From the NCBI GenBank assembly GCA_963723515.1, contig CAVRQT010000003.1, positions 448,001-512,000 on the forward strand: 64,000 bases of DNA, read 5' to 3'. Made by a program: the position numbers and the translations under genes. Shown piece after piece: positions 21,677-33,330 of this stretch; positions within the stretch are counted from its first letter, which is position 1, and each line of letters starts with the position of its first letter. This stretch comes from Vulcanimicrobiota bacterium. GTDB lineage: Bacteria; Vulcanimicrobiota; Vulcanimicrobiia; Vulcanimicrobiales; Vulcanimicrobiaceae. The notes below the pieces were generated by a model. That model saw only the letters and a list, made by a program, of their open reading frames with translations, was not told the DNA's origin and did no database searches.

Positions 21677-23674
21677 TTAGCGGCTTACGGTTGCGAATCG
21701 CTCCGAAGCGACTTTCGCGATGTTTTCCGGCGTGAATCCATATGCTTTGGCGATGTCTGCGGCAGGCGCCGATGCCCCGAAGTGATCGATGCCGAAGGCA
21801 AATCCTCGGTCGCCGACCCAGCGCTCCCATCCGAGCGTCGCGCCGGCTTCGATCGACATCCGTCCACGAACATCCGGCGGCAAGACCGAATCGCGATACG
21901 CCTCCGGCTGGGCCGCAAAAAGTTCCCACGACGGCATCGAGACAACGCGCGTGCGCGTTCCTTGGTTTTCGAGCAACTTTGCGGCTTCGACGGCCAAGTG
22001 CACCTCCGAGCCGGTCGCGATGAAGATCAACTCCGGCGTTCCCTCGCACTCGACGAGCACGTAGGCGCCTCGCGCGACGTCGGCGTTGCGTTCGCCGAGG
22101 AAGGGAACTTTTTGGCGCGTCAGCACGAGCATCCACGGCCCGGTGCGCGGCTGAATCATCAGCTTCCATGCTTCGAGCGATTCGAGCGCATCGGCGGGAC
22201 GGATCAACGTCATGTTGGGCAGTGCGCGAAAGGTGGCGAGTTGCTCGATCGGCTGGTGCGTCGGACCATCTTCGCCCAAAAAGACGCTGTCGTGCGTGAG
22301 GACGTAGAGCGCGCGGGCTTTCGTGATCGCGGCCAGGCGCATCGAAGGCTTCATGTAGTCCGTAAAGTTGAAGAACGTCGCGCCGAACGGCAGCAGTCCA
22401 CCGTGCATCGCGATGCCGTTGTTGATGGCGGCCATCCCATGCTCGCGTACGCCGTAGTGAATGTTGCGGCCGGCGTACGAACCCGGCTCGAAATCGCCGA
22501 AGTCCTTCAAATACGTCTTCGTCGAGGGATCGAGATCCGCGGAGCCGCCGACGAGCTCCGGCAGCGCGCCGGCGATTGCGTTCATGACCGTTCCGCCCGA
22601 TTCACGCGTCGCAACGTTCAGTTCATCGGGCTTGAGCGTTGGCCACGGAATCTGCGCCGGCAGCCCTCCGGCTAAGCAGCGCTCAAATTGCTTTGCGAGC
22701 TGCGGTTCTTGTGCTTTCCAGGACTCGTATTGTGACTGCCACTGCGCTTCGAGTTGCTCGCCCTTTGCGCCGGCCTCACGATAGAACCGCAAAACGTCAT
22801 CCGGAACATAGAAATCGGGCTGCAGCGGCCAGCCAAGTTTTTCTTTCGTCTCCTTGACCGCTTCGGGTCCGAGCGGCTCGCCATGTGCCTTGAACGTATC
22901 TTGCTTCGGAGAGCCGTAGCCGATGTGCGTTCGAATGGCGATGAACGAGGGCCGGTCGGTTACCGCCTTGGCCGCGACGATCGCGCGGTCGACCGATTCA
23001 ACGTCATTTCCGTGGTGGATGTCGACGAGTTCGGTATGCCAGCCATACGATTGAAAGCGCAGCAAGTGCTCGTCCGTGAAGGTGATGTCGGTTGGTCCGG
23101 CGAGCGAAACTTTGTTGTCGTCGTAGAGCACGATGAGCTTACCGAGCCGATGGTGTCCCGCAAACGATGCCGCCTCATGCGAGAGGCCTTCCATCAAATC
23201 CCCGTCGCTTGCGATGCAATAGGTATGGTGATCGACGATCTTGATGTCGCGATTGTATACCGCCGCCATATGCGCTTCCGCGACCGCCATGCCGACCGCA
23301 TTGCCGACGCCTTGACCGAGCGGGCCGGTCGTGACCTCGACGCCCGGCGTATGGTGGTACTCCGGATGGCCCGGCGTCTTGCTGCCGAGTTGACGGAAGT
23401 GCTTGATGTCCTCGAGCGAGAGATCGTAGCCCGTCAAATACAAGAGCGCGTAGAGCAGCATCGAGCCGTGTCCGGCGCTTAAGATAAAGCGGTCGCGATC
23501 GAACCACTGCGGATCTTTGGGGTTGAAGCGCAGGTGTCTCGTCCAAAGCGTATATGCGAAGGCTGCGGCGCCAAGCGGAAGTCCGGGATGACCCGAGTTG
23601 GCTTTTTGGACCGCGTCAACGCTCAAGAAGCGTATCGCATCGATCCGTTGTTCGACTTCAGGAGTATTCGGCAA
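21677..23674 (-). CDS. tkt: Transketolase
   Basis: SGHPGLPLG, DRFILSAGHGS, GDLMEG, GVREH, GEDGPTHQP. TTG start after GAGGAG. Confidence 0.97.
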   Translation of the reverse strand: MPNTPEVEQRIDAIRFLSVDAVQKANSGHPGLPLGAAAFAYTLWTRHLRFNPKDPQWFDRDRFILSAGHGSMLLYALLYLTGYDLSLEDIKHFRQLGSKTPGHPEYHHTPGVEVTTGPLGQGVGNAVGMAVAEAHMAAVYNRDIKIVDHHTYCIASDGDLMEGLSHEAASFAGHHRLGKLIVLYDDNKVSLAGPTDITFTDEHLLRFQSYGWHTELVDIHHGNDVESVDRAIVAAKAVTDRPSFIAIRTHIGYGSPKQDTFKAHGEPLGPEAVKETKEKLGWPLQPDFYVPDDVLRFYREAGAKGEQLEAQWQSQYESWKAQEPQLAKQFERCLAGGLPAQIPWPTLKPDELNVATRESGGTVMNAIAGALPELVGGSADLDPSTKTYLKDFGDFEPGSYAGRNIHYGVREHGMAAINNGIAMHGGLLPFGATFFNFTDYMKPSMRLAAITKARALYVLTHDSVFLGEDGPTHQPIEQLATFRALPNMTLIRPADALESLEAWKLMIQPRTGPWMLVLTRQKVPFLGERNADVARGAYVLVECEGTPELIFIATGSEVHLAVEAAKLLENQGTRTRVVSMPSWELFAAQPEAYRDSVLPPDVRGRMSIEAGATLGWERWVGDRGFAFGIDHFGASAPAADIAKAYGFTPENIAKVASERFATVSR

Positions 23675-23818
23675 CGTCGTCTCCTCGTTGCGGCGGTTGG
23701 CTTTTCTGCAAAGGGGCGGTAAGTGTTCGCTTGCGGTAATGATTTTCTTACCCACGTGTGCGGACGCGAAAATTTCTCGCCGCGGGATTGGGCTTTACGA
23801 CCGCCGTAACCGAGGCGG

Positions 23819-24640
23819 ATGGATGCCGCCGACCTCAAAGCGCGCATCGAGCAGCTTCTGAGCGACCACGTCGACCCGCGGTCGCCGGAAGCGGAAGCGA
23901 TCGACGACGTGATTGCCGGGCTCGACTCGGGCGCCTTGCGCGTCTGCGAGCCTCGCAACGGCCGATGGCTTACGCACGGGTGGATCAAAGAAGCGATCCT
24001 CCTCTACTTTGCGCGCCGCGAAGCGGCGGTCATTGAAGCGGGTTCAGCGCTGCATTTCTACGACAAACTTCCTTTAAAGCAGGACTACGCCGCCGCCGGC
24101 GTGCGATGCGTTCCGCCGGGCGTCGCCCGCTATGGGTCGTTCCTCGGGCGCGGCACGATTCTGATGCCGGGATACGTCAACATCGGCGCGTACATCGGCG
24201 AAAACTCGATGATCGATACGTGGGCGACCGTCGGCTCCTGCGCTCAGATCGGCAGCAACGTTCACCTCTCGGGCGGCGTTGGAATCGGCGGCGTGCTGGA
24301 GCCGTCGCAAGCGCAGCCCGTCATCGTTGAAGATGGCGCCTTCATCGGTTCACGCTGCATCATCGTCGAAGGCGTGCACGTCGAGCGGGAAGCGGTACTC
24401 GGGGCGGGCGTCGTTTTGACCGCAAGCACGCCGATCGTCGACGTGCGAGGCGCTGCAGCGAAGACGACCAAAGGACGCGTCGCATCGCGCGCGATCGTCA
24501 TCCCCGGAATGTTGCCGAAGAAGTTTGCCGCGGGTGAGTTCTCGACGCCGTGCGCGCTCGTGATCGGAACGCGCGACGAATCGACCGATAGCAAGACGTC
24601 GCTCAATGCTGCGCTTCGCGACTATGAGGTCGCGGTTTGA
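23819..24640 (+). CDS. dapD: Tetrahydrodipicolinate N-succinyltransferase
   Basis: YDKLPLK, YVNIGAY, DTWATVGSCAQIG, SGGVGIGGVLEP. Confidence 0.95.
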   Translation: MDAADLKARIEQLLSDHVDPRSPEAEAIDDVIAGLDSGALRVCEPRNGRWLTHGWIKEAILLYFARREAAVIEAGSALHFYDKLPLKQDYAAAGVRCVPPGVARYGSFLGRGTILMPGYVNIGAYIGENSMIDTWATVGSCAQIGSNVHLSGGVGIGGVLEPSQAQPVIVEDGAFIGSRCIIVEGVHVEREAVLGAGVVLTASTPIVDVRGAAAKTTKGRVASRAIVIPGMLPKKFAAGEFSTPCALVIGTRDESTDSKTSLNAALRDYEVAV

Positions 24641-25855
24641 ATCCGCGCGTCCGCGCGATCGGCGGATCGCTCATCCGCGAGATTGCGGCCAAACGTAAAG
24701 CGGGCTCGATCGATCTCGGTCTCGGCGAGCCGTCGCTTCTTGCCGACGACAAAATATTTGGCGGCGGCGCTGCAGCGCACGGAGCGAGAAGGCTTGCGTT
24801 ACACCGTAAATGCCGGCGATCCCGAACTGCGCCGCGCAATTGCCGAGCATTACGCCTACCCCGGCTATACGCACGCCAACAACGTCTGCATGATGACGGG
24901 ATCTCAAGAAGCAGTCTATGTGACGCTCAAGACACTGCTCGATCCGGCGAAAGATCAGATGCTGCTCGTCGAGCCTGCCTTTCCGGCGTACGCGAAGATG
25001 GCGCGTCTCGAAGGCGTCGAGCTGCGCACCGTCTCGATGGATGAGAGAGACGACTTTGCCTTCGATGCGCAACGCATCGTAGATGCCTTAAACGAGCGCA
25101 CGCGGCTCATCGTTTTTTGCTCGCCATCCAATCCGAGCGGGCGCGTCATTCGCAAGAGCGCGGCTGAAGAGTTAGCCAACGCGCTGCTTGCCAGATCCGG
25201 CGAGCCGGTTTACGTGCTGCACGACGAAATCTATCGCGAACAGACGTACATCGCCGATCCGGGCCACATGGCGGCGATCTATCCGTATACGATCGTGACG
25301 AACTCGCTCTCAAAGAGCAATGCACTGACCGGATTGCGCTTGGGCTGGACCATTGCGCCGCATCCGGTCGCCGATGCGATCGTGAAAGCGCATGCGTGGG
25401 TCACTTCGGCGGCGAGCACGTTCGCGCAACGTGTCGCATACGAGATCTTTCAAACGCCCGGCGCCTTGCAGGAGCACAAGGCGTGGTATCGCGAGCAGTG
25501 CAGTGCCGCCGTGGGCGCTCTGGATGCAAGCGGATTTCGCTACATCACGCCGGACGGTTCTTTTTATGCCTGCATCAAGTTGCCGGATGGCGTCGAGTCG
25601 TTACCTGCCGCGCACGAATTGGCGGATCGTTTCGACGTGATCGCGATTCCCGGCGTCGCTTTCGGTGAATGTTTTGAAGGGTGGCTACGCTTGAGTTGGG
25701 TCGCGCCTCTCGATCAGCTGCGCGAAGGTTTGACTCGCATTTCGGAATTTTGCGCCAACTTAATGACGCGGCAAAGCGTTACCTGGGTGCGAAAGCGTCG
25801 CCGGGCGCTGAGGATGAGCAGCGCGGACATTGGGGCGACGCATTCAAGATGCTGA
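24637..25855 (+). CDS. PLP-dependent aminotransferase class I/II, possibly DapC-like (frameshift near 24750)
   Basis: LGLGEP, SPSNPSG, HDEIY, SLSKSNALTGLRLGW. Confidence 0.88.
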
Positions 25856-25862
25856 AGGCAGT

Positions 25863-27261
25863 CTAACCGCCTTTTGCCGGGCCGACCCAGACCGTTTGGA
25901 TGTTGACGAACTCGTGAATGCCGTGGTGACTTAATTCGCGGCCGTACCCGCTGCGCTTGACGCCGCCGAACGGCAAGCGCGGATCGCTTGCCATGACGCC
26001 GTTGATGAAGACGCTGCCCGACTCAATTTGCGCCGCCAATTTGATGGCGCGCTCGGTATCCCGGCTCCAGATCGTGCCGCCGAGACCGAATGTCGTGTCG
26101 TTGGCGAGCGCAACGGCGGTTTGGGCATCCTTTGCGCGCGTCACCGCAGCCGCGGGACCGAACGTCTCCTCGGTAAAGGCCGGCATATCGTCCGCGACGT
26201 CGGCGAGAACCGTCGGCTCGTAGAAGAAGCCCGGGCGCCCCACGGATTTGCCGCCCGTAACGATTCGTGCACCGCGCTCTACCGATGCGCGAACTTGGCG
26301 GTCCAGCGCGTCGCGCAAATCTTCGCGCGCCAGCGGCCCCAATTGCGTTGCGCGATCCATCGGATCGCCGATTTTCTGCGCGCGTGCCGCCTCGGCAAAT
26401 TGTTGCACGAAGTCATCGTAAACGCCGTCTTCAACGATAAAGCGCTTCGCGGCGATGCAGCTTTGGCCGGCATTTTGAAAGCGGGATCGGATTGCCGCAT
26501 CGACTGCGGCCGGTAAATCGGCATCCGCCAGGACGATGAAGGGATCGGAACCGCCGAGTTCGAGCACCGTCTTCTTTAAATGCCGTCCGGCGGTTGATGC
26601 GATTGAAACGCCGGCGCCTTCGCTTCCGGTCAGCGTCGCGGCCGCGATCCGCGTATCGGCGAGCAACTCCGCGACACGGTCGCTGTGCAACAGGAGCGTC
26701 GTGAACAGCCCCTGCGGCGCGCCGCTTTCTTCGAACATCTCCTCGATTTGCAACGCGCAGCGTGAGACATTGGACGCATGCTTGAGCACCATCACATTGC
26801 CGGCCATCAGCGCCGGAGCGGCGGCGCGAAAGACCTGCCAGAACGGAAAGTTCCACGGCATGACGGCGAGGATAACGCCGAGCGGTCGAAACGCGACGAA
26901 GCTGCGGGTCGCATTCGTGGCGACGCTCTCATCGCTCAAGAAACGCTCGGCACTCTCCGCGTAGAATTCGCAGCACCACGCGCACTTTTCAATCTCGGCG
27001 ATCGATTGCGCGATCGGCTTGCCCATTTCACGGGTGGCGGTGCCGGCGAATTCTTCGTTGCGCGATCGCAGCGTGCGCGCCGTGGCGCGCAGAATCTCGG
27101 CGCGTTCCGCGAAACTTCGTGCGCGCCACTCGCGCTGAAAGGCTGACCGCGCGTTCGATCTTCGCCGCGACGTCACTTGGTGGCGTGTAGTCAAAGCGCT
27201 CCAGCGGCTCGCCGGTTGACGGATCGATCGTTTGAATGTTCGCGACGGCAGTTTGCATCAT
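25863..27261 (-). CDS. NAD(P)-dependent succinate-semialdehyde dehydrogenase family (frameshift near 27150)
   Basis: VMPWNFP, LELGGSDP, NAGQSCIAAKR, EETFGP, PFGGVKRSGYGRE. Confidence 0.92.
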
Positions 27262-29947
27262 AGTAACGCTCTTTGTGACCACGGCCCGGAAGGACCCGCG
27301 TAAATTTCGATCATCCCGTTCGGATGCAGATATTTGCGCGCGACGCGCTCCAGATCGGCGGCGGTTATGCGCTGGTAACGGTCGTTCAGCGTCGCATAGT
27401 AGTTGAGCGGCAAGCCGAACCGCGCCAAATTCTGCAGCTCCTGGAGTTGGTTTCCCGGGGACTCCTCTTCAAGCAACGCATCGGAGATCAGGCGCGTCTT
27501 GGCTTGCGCAAGTTCGGCGGCGCTGACCGGTTCGCGCTGCAGACGCAAGAGCTCAGTGCGCACGAACCGCACCGCCGGGACGACGTTTTGCGGCGCCGCT
27601 GAAAGCACGATCGAGAAATCGCCGCGATCGCGATCCGCATTGACCTTGCTCGTTACGTTGTAAATCAGCCCACGCTTCTGGCGCAGCTCGTTCATCAAGC
27701 GCGATTCGAATGAATCCGGCCCAGCGATGATCTGGCTCAGAAGCGTGAATGCATCGTAATCGGGATTGGTACGCGGCATCACCGCATGCCCGAGCTTGAT
27801 GAAGACGTTGTTCGCGTCCGTTCCGATGTACGCGTGCGCACTGTGCGGCGTAGGCAAGGCCGGCTCGTGCGTCATGGGAGTCGAACCGTCGGTCGACCAC
27901 TGGCCGAAAAATTCGTTGACGGCGCTACGCGCTTGCGCGAGCGAGATGTTCCCGACAATTGACATCGTCGTCAGATCAGGGCGCCAATATCGCCGGGTGA
28001 AATCAAGAAGATCCGCGCGCGTCAGTTGGCGATGCTCTGTTGCGTCGGAAACCGCAAGCTGGGGTCGTTCGGCGCGAGCAGCAGCTGCAAGTAGGCGCGG
28101 TCGATCGCCTCACCGGAGATATTTTGCTCTTGGGTGATGCTGCTTGCGAGCTGATCCCGTTCTTGAACGAAGTAGCGATCGGGAAACGTCGGATGCTGCT
28201 CGGCATCCGCGAGAATGCGCAACATCTCGTCAAAATCTTTCGCCAGACCTCGCGCCGAGAACGTTTGTCCGAAGTTGATCTCCGCCCCGAGCGCATCGAT
28301 CGCTGCGCGTTGCGCCGCGAAGTCGTAATGCTCGCTGCCGAAATTCGCAACATCGGATGCTAGCCGTGCGATGCCGGCCTTGCCCTCGGGTTCGAACCTG
28401 GCTGCACCGTCGATAACACCGCGAATCGTCACCGTCGGTCGATCGGGCCGCGGTTGCCAAAGTACCGTCAAACCGTTTGCGAGCCGAAAACGCACCGGCG
28501 CAAGCTTGCTGCGCGCGGTCGTCGGTGCGCGTAGCTCTTGGGCGGTCAGGCGCGGCATCGTAATCGGACCATTTGGAACGCGTGAACTGAAGTTGTCGCT
28601 CGCGCCGGAAGTGATCTTTTGCGAGCGGCCTGCCGGCGGCTGCGCGCTCGGGCTCAAGCGCCCGATGACCGTCGGCGCGCTCAAATATTGCCGCGCGGCT
28701 TGGTTGATACCCTCGGTCGTGAGGGCAGCGAGCCGCTGATCCTCATCGCTAACGCGCTCCCCGACGATGCCATAGGTGTAGCCGACCAAATCCGCCAGAC
28801 CGCCGATCGAATCGGTGTCAAGAATTCGCTCCGCAATTGTGGCGCGTTTTGCGGCCGCAACCAAATCCGGATCGAAGCCGTGTTGCAGTGCCTGCTGCAT
28901 CGCATTGAGGAAAAGCGTTTGCGCCTCGGTTGCGGTTCGTCCCGGATTCACGACGATGAAGACGTGCATCAGTCCGCCACGCAACTGCGTGTCCGCATTC
29001 GCCGTTACCGCAAGCGCGGCGCTGCTTTCAACCAGCGCTCGGTAAAACGGCCCGCGCTCGTTGTTGATCAGTGTCGCCAGCGTGCTGACGGCCGGTTCGC
29101 CGGGCTCAGAATCGCCCGGAACCGCGTACGCGATGTCGATGACATCGTACGGAAACGGAAACGGCGATGAGACGGACTTGCCTGATGCGGCGATCGGATG
29201 CTGCGACGGGCGCGGCGGCAGCGTCTTGGCGGCGATGTTTCCAAATCGCCGTTGTGCGAGATCGAAGACACGTCTCGCATCGACGTCTCCGGTGACGACC
29301 AGCGTCGCGTTGTTGGGCGCGTACCATTCGCGGTAGTAGCGCGCGATGTCTGAGGCTTGTGCGCGCGCGACATCCGCACGCCGGCCCAACGGCGTCAAAC
29401 CGGCCGAAGAATTCGGAAAGGCCGCCGCGCGTACGTCGGAAAGCAGACTGAAGAACGGCGAACTGGAATCGCCGTCAATTTCGGAGAGCACGGCGCCGCG
29501 TTCGATGCGCCACTGAGACTCTTCGATCAGCGCGCGTTGCATGCGATCCGCCTCAATGGTCAATGCGACGTCGAGCTTGTCGGCCGGCATCACGAAGAAG
29601 AAGTGCGTGTAGTCGTACGTCGTCTCGGCATTCATCTGCGCGCCCAGCCGCGCCACGATCGCGTCGAGGCCGCCCGACGAAATATGCGCGCTGCCGCGGA
29701 ACATCATATGTTCGAGCGCATGTGCGAGGCCGGTTCGTCCGGGCACTTCGTACAGTGAGCCGAAGCGATACCACACGGACGTCTGCACGACCGCCGCCGC
29801 ATGATCTTCAACAACGAGAACGCGCAGGCCGTTGGCGAGCGTCTTCGTTGCAACTTGCGGCTGCGCGGTCACCAGCTGTGCCCCGGCGCTGCGGCTGTTG
29901 AGAATTGCAGCCGCAATCAAGAGGCCGGCTATCAGCGTTTTGAACAT
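27258..29947 (-). CDS. Secreted M16 zinc peptidase (frameshift near 28020)
   Basis: Signal peptide, LANGL repeated, HALEHMMFRG (HxxEH), WYAPNNA, SRLMNELRQKRGLIY. Confidence 0.9.
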
Positions 29948-29948
29948 C

Positions 29949-30407
29949 TTAGGCTTGGGTCGCAAGCAGATGCATCGTCTGCTTGAGGTCGGAGGCGTCG
30001 ATTCCAAGGTGTTCGCTGATGCGCAGCAAGAGCGCCTCCTGAGCCTGGTCATGGTAAAGCAAGCGTGAAATCGAATCATGGTCCGCTTCAGCGCGCAACT
30101 CGTCGTGCTGTGACGACTGTTTTTGCGCGACGGCGATCACGAAGATCAAGATCAGCTGCAAAATGTTCGAGCACGTCAGCAAGAAGGCAAACGGATATGG
30201 GTCCCACCTCGTGATCATGCCCACGCCGACCCAGCCGATCTGAACGATGATGGCCAGCATCAATGCAAGCGGCGCACCGGTTGCGTCGGCGATTCGCTTA
30301 CACGTTTTCTCGATGGCGCTTAGCTGCGCTTGATGTTGGGCGTTGACGTCATCGACGAGCGGGTGCTCCTCAAACGCGGTGGGAGCCAGCGTCGCGGTTT
30401 GATTCAT
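29949..30407 (-). CDS. DUF1003-like membrane protein
   Basis: RIADATG, WDPYPFAFL, two hydrophobic helices. Confidence 0.75.
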   Translation of the reverse strand: MNQTATLAPTAFEEHPLVDDVNAQHQAQLSAIEKTCKRIADATGAPLALMLAIIVQIGWVGVGMITRWDPYPFAFLLTCSNILQLILIFVIAVAQKQSSQHDELRAEADHDSISRLLYHDQAQEALLLRISEHLGIDASDLKQTMHLLATQA

Positions 30408-30420
30408 CAGATGTCCCCTT

Positions 30421-31287
30421 TTATGTCTGCGAGAGGCCTAAGTAATAGCACGCCGTCTCATGGACTGCGGCGGCCGGCACGCAGCCGATCAATTCCGAGC
30501 GCGCGATTGAGACGCCGTCTTCGGCGGCAAGGGCTCGAATCAATTCGACGACGCGATACAGCGGCGTTGCGCGGTAATCGGTGAGGTTAAGCGAGACTTG
30601 AACGACCCCTGAGCTTGTCGAAGGGTCGCTGCGTTGAAAACCGAGGGCCCGCAACGTTCGCAAGCCGCCATCGCGCGCGCGAATGACCTTAGCAATTCGA
30701 GCCGCGACGCTGCGATCGGCCGTTGCGAGCTCGACGTTGAAGGCAACCAGAATTTCGCGCGCGCCGATCGCGATCGCGCCCGCGGTGTCGTGCGCTTGCG
30801 GATCGCCAAAATCCGGGCGCCACTCCGGGCGCTCGAAGCGGCGCTGTAGCCCCTCGAATTGTCCGGTGCGAACCGCGGAAAGATCTCGGCGCGCCGGCGT
30901 TGCCGCGGCTTCGCCATATAAAAAGGAAGGAATGCGAAACTGTTTCCAGATGCGCTCGGCGCAATCTCGGGCGAGGGCAACCGCTTCGGACATCGGCGCA
31001 TCACGCAACGGAACGAAGGGCAGCACGTCGAGCGCGCCGATCCGCGGGTGAACGCCGCGGTGTGTCCGCATGTCGATCAAGGTGCTCGCCGTACCGGCGA
31101 GAGCGACGCCGGCATCGCGCACGCTTCGGTAATCTCCAACGATTGTCAACACGCTGCGATTGTGGACGGGGTCGCTCGTCCGGTGCAGTACGCGTGCTCC
31201 AGCGTCGGCAACGGCGGCAATGCACGCGTCGATCACCTCGCTGCGCCTGCCTTCCGAGATGTTGGGGACGCTTTCGAAGAGTACCAT
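30421..31287 (-). CDS. ftcD: Glutamate formiminotransferase (transferase domain only)
   Basis: ESVPNISEGR, D..HNRSV, HRGVHPRIGALDVLPFVP, VQVSLNL, SELIG. Confidence 0.92.
   Translation of the reverse strand: MVLFESVPNISEGRRSEVIDACIAAVADAGARVLHRTSDPVHNRSVLTIVGDYRSVRDAGVALAGTASTLIDMRTHRGVHPRIGALDVLPFVPLRDAPMSEAVALARDCAERIWKQFRIPSFLYGEAAATPARRDLSAVRTGQFEGLQRRFERPEWRPDFGDPQAHDTAGAIAIGAREILVAFNVELATADRSVAARIAKVIRARDGGLRTLRALGFQRSDPSTSSGVVQVSLNLTDYRATPLYRVVELIRALAAEDGVSIARSELIGCVPAAAVHETACYYLGLSQT
30603..30628. repeat. REP-like element inside the ftcD coding sequence
   Basis: CGACCCCTGAGCTTGTCGAAGGGTCG. Core identical to the intergenic copies; encodes DPSTSSG. Confidence 0.75.
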
Positions 31288-31289
31288 CC

Positions 31290-32600
31290 TTATGAAAGCG
31301 CGGCTTGTATGGCTTGCCCGATGTCGGCGTGGGATTCCGACGAGAGCAGCGTTCGAAAACCGAGCCGGCGTGCTTCGCCGGCGCGGCGCGCCGCGGCGTG
31401 AACTGCGCGGATTTCCCCGGAGAGACCTAACTCGCCGAAGGCAACGGTCTCTTGCGCGAGCGGAACGTTACGAAAGGCCGACGCAACGGCCAACGCGATG
31501 CCAAGATCGGCGGCGGGCTCGTTGATGCGCAGTCCGCCGGCGACCGAAGCATAGACATCATATTGACCCAAATGCATGCCGGCGCGTCGTTCCAGCACGG
31601 CCAACACCATCGCCAAGCGCGCTTGGTCTAGGTTAGCAGCCAATCTCCGCGGCGTTCCGTATGCGGTTTCGCCGACGAGCGCTTGAATCTCGATCAGAAT
31701 CGGTCGCGATCCCAGAATGCCGGCAACCACGCACGATCCGCTCGGACGCTCTTTGCGGCCAGAGAGAAAGAGTTCCGATGGATTCGCGACTTCGTGCAAA
31801 CCGTCATCGTGCATTGAGAAGACGCAGATCTCATCGATGCCGCCGAAGCGGTTCTTGTACGCGCGAACGATTCGAAGTTCGCCGCTGTTCTCGCCTTCGA
31901 AGTAAAGCACGGTATCAACGAGGTGCTCCAGCAAGCGTGGCCCGGCGATTGCGCCGTCCTTGGTCACGTGTCCGACAAGAAAGGTCGCGCAATCGTTCTG
32001 CTTGCTGAATTCCATGAGCGCTTGCGCGCAATCGCGGATCTGTCCGATGCTGCCGGCGTAACTTTCAGATTCGGGCAACCACACCGTTTGAATTGAATCG
32101 ACGATCAGGACTTGGGGACTCGCGTGTTCGAGCTCGTCGAGCGCGGCCCGAAGGTTCGTTTCTGGAAAAACAAGGAGATCTTCGTTCGATCCAAGGCGTT
32201 GCGCGCGCAGCTTGATCTGCGAAGCGGATTCCTCGCCGCAAAGGTAGACGACGCGTATGCCGCTACGAGCGAGATTCATCGCGATCTGCAGCAAGAGCGT
32301 CGATTTGCCGGCCCCCGGAGGTCCGCCGATCAACGTCATACTTCCCGGAACGATACCTCCGCCGAGCACGACGTCGAACTCGCGAACGCCGGTTGTAAGC
32401 CGGCTCAGGTGCGCGCTCTCGATTTCGGCGAGGTGTAACGGACCGCGCCCGATCGAAGCAGCCTTTGCATCTCGTTTCGTGCGTGTTGCCGGCGCCTGCG
32501 AAAATGTGTTCCAGGCTTGACATGCAGGACAGCGTCCGAGCCATCGCGGCGCCTCAAACCCGCAGCCCGAGCAGAAGAACACCGTGCGGGTTCGTGTCAC
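31290..32600 (-). CDS. radA: DNA repair protein RadA/Sms
   Basis: C4 zinc finger, GPPGAGKST, VDSIQT, KNRFG, GELGLSGEIR. Confidence 0.96.
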   Translation of the reverse strand: MTRTRTVFFCSGCGFEAPRWLGRCPACQAWNTFSQAPATRTKRDAKAASIGRGPLHLAEIESAHLSRLTTGVREFDVVLGGGIVPGSMTLIGGPPGAGKSTLLLQIAMNLARSGIRVVYLCGEESASQIKLRAQRLGSNEDLLVFPETNLRAALDELEHASPQVLIVDSIQTVWLPESESYAGSIGQIRDCAQALMEFSKQNDCATFLVGHVTKDGAIAGPRLLEHLVDTVLYFEGENSGELRIVRAYKNRFGGIDEICVFSMHDDGLHEVANPSELFLSGRKERPSGSCVVAGILGSRPILIEIQALVGETAYGTPRRLAANLDQARLAMVLAVLERRAGMHLGQYDVYASVAGGLRINEPAADLGIALAVASAFRNVPLAQETVAFGELGLSGEIRAVHAAARRAGEARRLGFRTLLSSESHADIGQAIQAALS

Positions 32601-32652
32601 GCTGCGCAGTTCGGCGAAGGGCGAAGGCATGCTTTCGTGAACGTGCGCCGAC

Positions 32653-33330
32653 GTGCCGGGATTCGATCACGTTGCAATCGATGGCCCCGCCGCTTCCGGG
32701 AAGACAACGGCTGCGCGCTTGGTCGCGCGACGCCTCGGCTATTTGTATCTGGATACGGGCGCGATGTATCGCGCACTGGCATATCTTGCGCTCACTTCGG
32801 AAACCGATCTCGACAACGAACGCGCGCTCGTCCGGCTCTGGGATGCGCATCCGATACGCGTCGGACTCCAGCGCGGCGCAAACGGCGGGCAGCGAATCTT
32901 CACCGGCGAGCTCGATGTAACGGAGCAACTCGCCTCGAGCGCAGTGACCGCCGTCGTCTCAACGGTCGCGGCGCATCCCCGCGTCCGTGAAGCGATGGTG
33001 CGCGAGCAGCGGCGCATCGCCGAAGAGGCGCCGGTCGTCATGGCGGGGCGAGATATTGGTACGGTCGTCCTGCCCGACGCGCCGCATAAGATTTTCTTGA
33101 CCGCTTCGGTCGATGCTCGCGTGCAACGCCGCGGAGCCGAGATGCAGGCAGCCGGCGTTGACGTCAGCGCGCGGCGCTTACGCGAGGAAATCGAGGAACG
33201 CGACCGCCTCGATCGGAGTCGCGCAACGTCGCCGCTGCGCCCGGCGCCCGATGCGACCGTGATCGATTCGACGCGGCTCACAGCGGAAGAAGTCGTACAG
33301 AAAATCGTTGCGATCGTGCGCCCTTCGTGA
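32653..33330 (+). CDS. cmk: Cytidylate kinase
   Basis: AIDGPAASGKTT, DTGAMYR, GRDIGTVV, ERDRLD. Confidence 0.96.
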   Translation: MPGFDHVAIDGPAASGKTTAARLVARRLGYLYLDTGAMYRALAYLALTSETDLDNERALVRLWDAHPIRVGLQRGANGGQRIFTGELDVTEQLASSAVTAVVSTVAAHPRVREAMVREQRRIAEEAPVVMAGRDIGTVVLPDAPHKIFLTASVDARVQRRGAEMQAAGVDVSARRLREEIEERDRLDRSRATSPLRPAPDATVIDSTRLTAEEVVQKIVAIVRPS

